Assembly (NCBI RefSeq): GCF_009914755.1
Contig: NC_060934.1
Direction: 5' to 3' (one strand)
Source: the human T2T-CHM13v2.0 reference genome, Homo sapiens
DNA length: 64,000 nucleotides
The notes below the pieces were generated by a model. The model had not been told where the DNA came from. It saw only the letters and a program-made list of their open reading frames with translations, and ran no database searches. Each line of letters opens with the position of its first letter. Positions within the stretch are counted from its first letter, which is position 1. Shown piece after piece: positions 55,436 through 64,000 of this stretch. The position numbers and the translations under genes were made by a program.

Positions 55436-58400
55436 AAATAGTCATTGCCACACCAATGTGAAGGAGTAATTTACCTGGGGATAAATCACTTTGTCACAGA
55501 CATGAACCTGCCTACAAAATAAAAAACTCTTAGTGATGGTTTCATCTTCCTCCGACAGGTGAAAGTGTAAGTTTATATCTAAATCAGAAAGAAACCTTTT
55601 TCAATTCAGTTGGTGGGAAGGGCCACTTACGACACGCCATGCTGCCCGCTACCAATCTGGGAACAAAGCTCAGGTGAATCACCTGTCATCAGGATAAGCC
55701 ATGGATATGGTTCTTCTAGCTGATGAAGTAAAGGCAGTAGACATGCCTATTATCACACTTTTATAAAAAGGCAAAAACATCTGCCTACTTACTGACAAAG
55801 AGCACAGAGAACTGAGCTATAAAAAAGACCATCTATGGCAATAAATCTGAAAAAGCCGTAGAACTTTGTGCAGCTAAACCCTCTGAAAGGTCATGGTACA
55901 ACTTCCATAGCTGAACATATGTGCAGCATTTTTTTTCCTTAGAATTTAGAGACTGGGGATTTTAGATTTTAAAATACTTTAATACTATCAGAATATACAT
56001 GATATCCAGCTAGGGCAATAACACATACTATACCAAAATATACTGTATATAATAAAAGGTATTTTCCTACCTATAATAAAAGGTATTTTTATCTACCTAT
56101 TTAGTAAAAAGAATGCAAAAAAAAAAAATTCTTTAAATCTAAGCCCATTAAATAAACTGATTCCCGAATATGAAGAATTATGTTGATAGCCTTTTAAACA
56201 GGAATTTAAATGTGTTTCTATTTGCTCATACTGACAGGGTTTTTCTTTTTAATTTGCCTGTAACACATATAATTAGATGTTTAATTTGATAATATAGAAC
56301 TAAATAAAATATGAAACTAATAACCCCAAAAGTTCTGCCTGGCTCTGAGTCCCTTAAAAAAAAACAAGATTTATATACTCTCATGGGAAATAGATAGTAA
56401 GCGGTAAATTACTCCACACGACAATTTCTAGTAGCTTTGCCTATTTGATCGGTGGTCTAGGCACAGGAAAGTGGGTTGAATTAAGCCCCTGCATCCAAGA
56501 AGAGAAGAGCTTGGACTATCGAGGCTGGAAACAGAAACCCCATTCGTACAGAGCAACACAGCAAGGCAGGGTGGGATGGGAGGGCCCGGGAGGTGGCATT
56601 CTGTGTGGGAGGGAGGCAGGGGTTGCTGGCCTGCTGCTGGTCCTCAGGCTGAGTGTCCTCTGCATGAATGCCCAGAGTGAGAGTGTGTGTGGACAGTTTT
56701 AACACCGTTTCACCATATTTCTGGAGGGGGGGAAAACAGAACATTTGAAGTGGAGAAAAACAAGCCAAACACACACATCATCAGTGGAATGAATGTCAAA
56801 TCTGACAACAGCCACAGGACTGGTTTCACTTCTGCATGCCCCTTTTTGGTTTATTTGTACTTGATGCAAGAGGTCTGCCTAGAATTCCAAAGTTCAGAGG
56901 CAACAAAATTATGCTTTACATCTTATCACATGGATCTCCATAGCACATTTTAAACCATCTGACTTCACAAGGTACAATTAAACCTTTAGCTAAGTTTGTC
57001 TTAACTTCATACAAAAGAGGGTTTGTAAAGATGCTGGGGCTTGCTTTAAAAAAATAAAAGACTGCATTTTTAAAAATGTTGCCTTATTTCTGTGTCAAGG
57101 CACAGCCGGTTAAATGCACAGAGAGATGAGAATTCTAACCCGGGCTAATATGTGATTGTTCTGAGCAGTAACTGCTAAATTCTTCATAATTCAGGTTTGT
57201 CAACTTATTTATGTAGTGAGAGCCACACACATTTCAACCTGAGCACCTTATGTACTTAGTAAATCCGTGTGTTTACATTTGTCACCAATATGTATTTCAT
57301 CCACTAAAAGTTAACACACAGAAGTGTAAAGATCCTTTATACTTTAATAAAAAGCTAACAGTCAGGCTAGCGGGTAACAGGGCCTGTTGCAATGTTTGTA
57401 TTCAATACATAAGGTGAATATACTTTCACAGTTGGAAAACGACATCAATCTGAACTTTGTTTTATAGCTCCTGAATTAATATAGAGCTACTGGCTAAGGA
57501 AAGAAACAGATTTTACTATTTTATGCCTTTGTGGAATGCACAAGATCATTCTAAAGGAACATTTCAACCGCAGTGTTTAGGATCAAGTCAGACATTACTG
57601 AAGCTGCATGAGCACAGACTTCGCTCCCCTCCCCCACGAAGACCCCGGCTCTTCTTTGCTGTTTCCTACAATTTTCTTAGAATTACGTGCTGCAAAGTCT
57701 CCTCAAAAGTCACAAAGCACTAAGTAGCCAAAGGAGTCTTCCCATACCCTTGTTTTTCTCAGTTTGACAGGGATCACAGCTCCATTCCTCCAGTAATATC
57801 CATCCAAAGTTACAGCTTATTTAAAAATACCCCATTGAAAGAGATGCACTTTAGTAATCAACACAAGTGTGACTGATTCCAAAGGACTTCGTAGATGCCT
57901 ACCGTAAAAAAAAAAAAAAAAAAAAAAAAAACCTAAAATCTCACCTACACATTTTGTCAAAAATAGATGAGACAGGATGGCATGACGTGTATAATCTTAA
58001 AGTCTCAATTTGAAAGCAAGGTGAGTCTATCATAAACAAAAACATAGCAATCATATGATCATAAACATAGTAACTGCATGATCGTAAACATAGTAATCAT
58101 ATGGACTGATCCTGATGTGGCAGCTGAGCCTTAACCCCAGAGGGTACAGACGTGTGTGCAATGTTTGATATACCAGCCAGGGTCTAGTTTTGTGCCAAGA
58201 AGGTTAGTGCCTTTTTTTTTTTCTTTAGTATTGGGGCTTGAAAGAATGTGAAAGGCCCAAGGCATGCCCCTAGTGAATTGGGGTTGAACTCAAGACAGCA
58301 TACATACGGACGGGAAAGCCAGGTCTTTTTAGTTAAAAACAAAACACATGGTGATTTTTATTTTGTTCTCATATAATAAATAATATTTGGAGATAAAGTC

Positions 58401-60628
58401 TCTTGCAAATATAAATTTAAAAGAGTTCCTGTTTTGAGTTGATTTTGACTGCATATCCTGTTTTGCAGACTTACAATTATCTCTGAAAAAGACAACTAAT
58501 TTTCCAACATTCGGTTTATAAGAAGTATACAAAAAATTACTAATTGAAGAGATCATGTTTTTCTTGCAAATATTAATTTCTTGGTTTAGAATTTAAAATG
58601 GCTGTATTTTCAGTAAAGTAAGAAATGATGATACACAGGAAAACATTCATTCTAAAGCTTACACATTGATAAATATACATTTTATTTATTTCAAATATCA
58701 CTCTTTAAAATAAAAGTTATAGTCCTTTGTTCTTACCCCAAAAAAACATAGCCTTTGATTTTGTATTTGATTCTGTATTCTCAAAATCAGCACAGAAACT
58801 CTATTTTTCCTGTCAGCTTAGCTATAAAGAAAAGAAAGCATTTATGATTAGGCAACCAAAGTTCAGGTCAGGTCCATGGTTAATAGGAATCTCAACAAGT
58901 GTTGGCTGAGAATAATTTTACATCAAAAAGAAATTTGGCACTAGTTCCCTCAAATGGGAACTCTGCTTTTAACATGTTAGAGTCCGAAAATCCTTTAGGA
59001 GGTACAGAGATCTAAGCTTAATTCAGACCGAATTCCTGCCTTGTGTGTTTCACTGTCTTCTCCATTTTCAAGTTTCCCGAAAGTTTGTAAGACTAGATAG
59101 AGTACAAATATTTGGTTGTGACCTTTGGGAAGGATGACTACCTAGGATTGCTCAGTGATGTTTTAAATCAATCAGTTGTTCATTGATCAACTCCAATTTT
59201 CACAACAATCTAACAGTAGCTGTTTAACAAGTGCAGCTCCCTCAGGGCACTTTGGTAGCTCCGGTAAAGGCAGTGGAATAGAGTGAAGCCTGAGTTACTC
59301 ACGCTGCTTCCCTTGGCCGTATCTCTAGGCACACACACACACAAATGGTGATGAGGGCAGACACCCAGATACTTCTAATCCAAACCTCACTTTTGCCTCA
59401 ATTATTTATTTCAAGTGAAAGTAATTTCATACGACCTTCTCCTAATACACACAACTCTTTATTCCATTCTGAGTACAACTGTGTGTTAGATACTCCCGCA
59501 CTTTCCTATTCTTTCGTATCCCCCAACTGTAGCAGTTAAAATTGTAGCTCAGGCCAAAGACAAACATCATTAATAACATAATAAAAGCATTTCCATTTTA
59601 GAAATCATATTTCAGTCTTTGATCTTTACTAAACTTTTCTCCTTCAAGTATTAATGGAAACGTTTTTCTGAGAAACAGATGCTGATCATCAGTAATTATA
59701 CTTCTGTAATCTCTACCTAAGGTGTTGAATGCACAATCACAAAATATAATAATTACATTATTTAATTAAAAACAGGATTAATCATACATTATCCCTTGTC
59801 AGCATTCAACACAATTCAATCTATTTTTTAACATCTGGTATAGAAATTTAATCTAACATATTAGAGATTCATTCACATACATCACCTTAAATAATTGTGG
59901 AAGTACATACAGCTTCAATTATAATAATTTATAGATGTTTGTCATATACAAAAGAGATGCAGTTAAATCAATACAGGTAAATTTGCCTAAAATGATTTTA
60001 TTTGCTAAAAAAAATACTGAGAATTTACTCCTCCAGAATACAGTTCTTTGAAAAACAGTTCTCATTCTTCATTTGTGACTGTTTTTTCTTTTTTTTTTAA
60101 TACTCAAAGAACTGTAGTTCTAAAACTTCTTAGGACAAAATAGCTGCCAACTCTAAAAGACAAAATTATGGCAGAAAAAGAGAAAACAACACCATAATGA
60201 CAAAAAAAAATTCTACACTTTGCCAATAATTAACGTAAAGTCAAGGCCTAAGTTGACAACTTAATTTTTTAAATTCCCCAAATAACTTTTGAAGGTTTAA
60301 TATTACCATAAGATTCATAACCAGGCCTGTAGAAATCATCAGTTATAAGGCAGAGGCAGTCTTTTGATTTTGCTAATAACAAACAGATAATTCCTCTTAA
60401 GCAGATTAACTTAAAGTACGTTTTCAAGGAAGTTAAAATCCCCTTAAATCAGGTTCTCAAGTTTAATTACAAAAGTCAAACAATTTATTAATACTCATTC
60501 AAGTGCAGCAACAAAACAGGCACAAAAGTCTCAGGGGCCAGGAAGCAAACCCAATCGATATTTACAAGAGTCACAGAGAAAACATTTTTTTGCCATAACT
60601 TGATAAAACATCTAACTGGTCCTCTTAA
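55415..60628 (-). other. Candidate ~5.2 kb 3'UTR of an unidentified minus-strand gene
   Basis: AT-rich, no recognisable interspersed repeats, U-tracts on minus strand, ends at a canonical PAS. Confidence 0.55.
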
Positions 60629-60661
60629 CTAGGATTCTTCCTCTCTCTTCTTTGCTGCCCC
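60629..60661 (-). CDS. Candidate coding start of terminal exon (GAAKKREEES* in one frame; frame unknown)
   Basis: tttccacatag|GGGGCAGCAAAG...; short pyrimidine tract; all three frames stop within 50 nt. Confidence 0.25.
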   Translation of the reverse strand, partial: GAAKKREEES

Positions 60662-60909
60662 CTATGTGGAAACTACCTTTAACATTTTCTTCACTCACAA
60701 TAAGTACAATCATATTGTTTATTTTGCTATTTTTATATTAATAAAAGAAGTACAAATTAGAAAACCTGGCCTTTTAAAGGTATTTTATAGGTATCCTTTT
60801 GCTTTATTAGCCCTGTAGTTATGTTACAAAAATAGCTTTAAGCTGTGGCTACTTCTATAAAGTTAAAAAATTATCTATTTAAAAATGGCAAAAGAGTTTG
60901 CTTAAAGAG

Positions 60910-61193
<284 letters not shown>

Positions 61194-61447
61194 AGCCAAA
61201 GTTTCTTTTGCTCGATCTTTTCCTTTTCTCTTTACTATCTGAACTCACTGAATAATTACCCTACTTCCAGTTTCATTCTGCCCATATAGAAATTGTGTGT
61301 CTAGTCCCTGAAAAATACCAATTAAACTGCCAGCAGTAGCATCTTCAACAGTATCTTTTGGTCTTCAGTGTCAAAGGCCTTTGAACAAATGACTGGAAGG
61401 CTGAATCTAAAACAGCCTTTGACAGGATGCCAGCTTTGAACACTCAC

Positions 61448-61470
61448 ATTTTGACTATGGCTCCAGCTTT
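61448..61470 (-). CDS. Candidate 23-nt microexon
   Basis: tgtttcactcttgcttcccacataaatag|AAAGCTGGAGCCATAGTCAAAAT|gtgagt. Confidence 0.35.
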
Positions 61471-61719
61471 CTATTTATGTGGGAAGCAAGAGTGAAACAA
61501 CACAACTTCACAATTTTGCGCAAATGCTAAAGGCTAAAATTAAAGTGATACATCACCAGGAGGCATAATCACCTCAAAAGCTCACTGATACTGTTTTTAA
61601 AGGCTCCCTTTTAATTCAATTCAGTCTGGATTCCAGTGTAAAGCTAAATAAAGGTTTTCAGACAAATACTGCAAAACTGCTAAAATACTACATTTTCCTT
61701 TTCCTTCATTTTCTTGGTC

Positions 61720-61930
61720 ATAACACCACCATTTACTGTGTGTTAGCCACAGCAGAAGGAATCTGACATGGATTTTTTAAATGTCATTTCCTAGCAATTC
61801 TATGAAATTAAAAATATTAGTCAGTGAGGAAATGGGCTCAGAAAGGTCAAGTAATTTGTAAAAGGTCACACAAGTGGGAACTGGAAGAACCAGGGTTAGA
61901 ACTCAGGAGCTTTGATTTCCTAGGCCTTGT
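61720..61930 (-). mobile_element. MIR
   Basis: gtgaggaaatgggctcagaaaggtcaagtaatttg...aggtcacacaag. Confidence 0.7.
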
Positions 61931-62013
61931 TGGCTTCATCCATCAACAAACCATTCCTGGGGGAAGGCTTCATCATTCTCTTTCTGACCTAATCCATGGA
62001 GAAATCTTTTGGA

Positions 62014-62275
62014 GCAGCGGTTTGCAACCTTGGCTGCATATTAATCATCATATATTTTTAAAATGTATATGCATGGGCCCCACCCTCTGGAGATTCCCAT
62101 TTAATCGGTCTGGGATAGGGCCCAATCACCAGTATCATTCAATACTGTAGCAATGATTAAAATAAACAATATGTCTCTTCGTGGTGCTTAATTTCTAATG
62201 GTGCTTAGATTCTAGTAGAAGCTAATAGAACCTCCAGGTGATTCTAATGTGTGGCTCAGCCCAAGAACCAATGAT
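62014..62275. mobile_element. MER5-type relic
   Basis: cagcggtttgcaaccttggctgcatatt...ctccaggtgattctaatgtg...aagaaccaatg. Confidence 0.65.
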
Positions 62276-62404
62276 CAAGACACCACTTACTGAGAGTTCT
62301 TTCTTCAAGACCTCCAAGTGAGCAACTCAACTGACTCCTCCAAAGAGAATGGACAAGAGTCAAGCAACAGCTAGCATTAGTGGAACCTGAGAGAGTTCTA
62401 GCTT

Positions 62405-62640
62405 TGAGAGGCAGTGGAGCACAAGGGGAAATACATGGACACTGGTGTCACCTAGACCTGGATCAAATTCCATCTCCCCTATTTATTAACTGTGTGACCT
62501 TGGGCCAATCACTTACCTTTTGTGGCTGTTCTGCAGATTCAATGAAATGATGTAAGTAAACCTCCAGGCATACAAAAATGCCCAATCAAAGGTAGTTGCA
62601 ACTGTTGTTTTGGCTGGTTTTGTTATTACTATTATAGTGG
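62405..62640 (+). mobile_element. MIR
   Basis: agacctggatcaaattcc...ctgtgtgaccttgggccaatcacttacc. Confidence 0.75.
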
Positions 62641-64000
62641 TAATGACTACTGCCAGCAGACATCGATGAAGAAAAAAACAAATTTCAAAAGCCTCCCCAT
62701 TTATTAGCCAGATAATTCCTACTTTTATTACTTAGCATTTAATTTACAGCTATTTATATTTGCAATTAGCTTGGTAATCATATTTCTTATTCATGACAAC
62801 TGGGTGAGGAAGGTTAATGTTATTATTCTGATTTTCTAGATGAGGAATCTTATTTCCTATGCGTGATGACTGAGTGAAAATAGTTAACATTATTATTCCC
62901 ATTTTCTAGATGAGGAAAAAGCAACATCTTCCATCTATTGTCTCTAGTTTCTATGATTCCATGATTAAAGGGACCCGCAGTCATGTTCATTGGTTCCCTA
63001 TGAAAAATGATATTCAACAGAGATGTCAAGTGTGGGAAAGAAGAATTAACAAGCACTTGATAGCAACCCCAAAATAACATCTAAATAATCACTCAGGAAC
63101 ATCAAAGTCATGGCAAACAAGTTCCATTTTAAATAAAGGTGTTGGACAGGATTAGGGAAAAAATGAACAAATACGTCTTTATTCACATTCATTTAGGAAA
63201 TATCTGACATAGCTTAGAAATTCTTTTTGAAATGCAGACTGAATAAGTGTTAACTTCCTCTATGAAGGGTCTTCAGTTAGCAGATTGCAATAGATTATGT
63301 CCTGATATTTTATCTTAAATTAGAGTTATAAAGTAGGAGAGATCCAAGATGGAAAGACCCAGTTCAGGGGTTCTCTAAAAAGGCCACCAGGAAGCCCGTG
63401 GACTCTGTGAAAGGGGCCATCACTCCAAAGACACCAAATACTCCCCCAACACTGATGGCTTGCCCATAAATGTATCCCTTTTCATATGCATGAAATTTCC
63501 ATGAATAAAAATATAAATGCCTCTAGAAACACCACTAAATTTATAGTTATTATATATAACTACTATTACATTGAGGGAGGGGCTGAATTTTGTTATTGTT
63601 GTTAAAAGGAGACTTCATATTCGAAAAGCTTAGGCAACTCTAGCCCAGTCCAAACATCTCTTTTTACTGACATAGATGGATCTTAGGGGCAACTGGGATT
63701 CCACCTTAGGTTTTCTCATTCCCAGACAAGTGTTTCTTGTTGCACACCATACACGCCTTCCAATGCAGTTACAGACTCATGGAATGTTAACAATCATGAC
63801 TAGATCCTCTCTCTAATATCATTTCCTCTTTCTGAAGCAGGAGAGTACAGTCCTACCCTCTCTCCGTGGATATGTTCCAGGAACACTCTAAATCTCCTGA
63901 GCCTCTTCTTTCCCCTTTCTTCCCTCCCATCGTCAGCTCCCCAGTTTGCTAAGTTTAAGGTTAGCAATACACTCAACCCTTCTCAAGCTCAGAGATGCTC

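Noticed and set aside
60653-60669. TAGGGGGCAGC as a CTCF motif overlapping the candidate acceptor
   Set aside because: The 5' half mismatches the consensus at three positions; kept only as an alternative explanation.
62965-63010. Possible minus-strand acceptor atttttcatag|GGAACC (GTNEHDCGSL*)
   Set aside because: No clear donor, runs into MIR-like sequence, and such acceptors are common by chance.

Overview
Primate (human-like) genomic DNA; it contains AluY copies and no prokaryotic features. About 55 kb is GC-moderate, repeat-rich and apparently intergenic: ~25 Alus, old L1M, L2, MIR and L3/CR1 LINE relics, MLT1/THE1/LTR33-type solo LTRs, and MER5A, MER81, MER45A and Tigger3 DNA-transposon relics. 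Several repeat-free, CpG- or motif-rich islands and three good CTCF motifs are interspersed. At ~55.4 kb the sequence turns AT-rich and lacks recognisable interspersed repeats up to ~60.9 kb. This looks like the 3' end of an unidentified minus-strand gene: AATAAA plus a GU-rich element at ~55,430, a ~5.2 kb 3'UTR, a candidate last-exon acceptor at 60,661 and a candidate 23-nt microexon at 61,448-61,470. The most unusual structure is a ~260-300 bp, ~96% identical inverted duplication (15,765-16,067 / 17,498-17,800) flanking a 1.45 kb segment that carries a CTCF motif and a G4, a candidate invertible segment. None of the supplied ORFs is a credible gene. Repeat family and subfamily calls are from recalled consensus sequences and boundaries are approximate. 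I see no solid evidence of a wholly new biological system.
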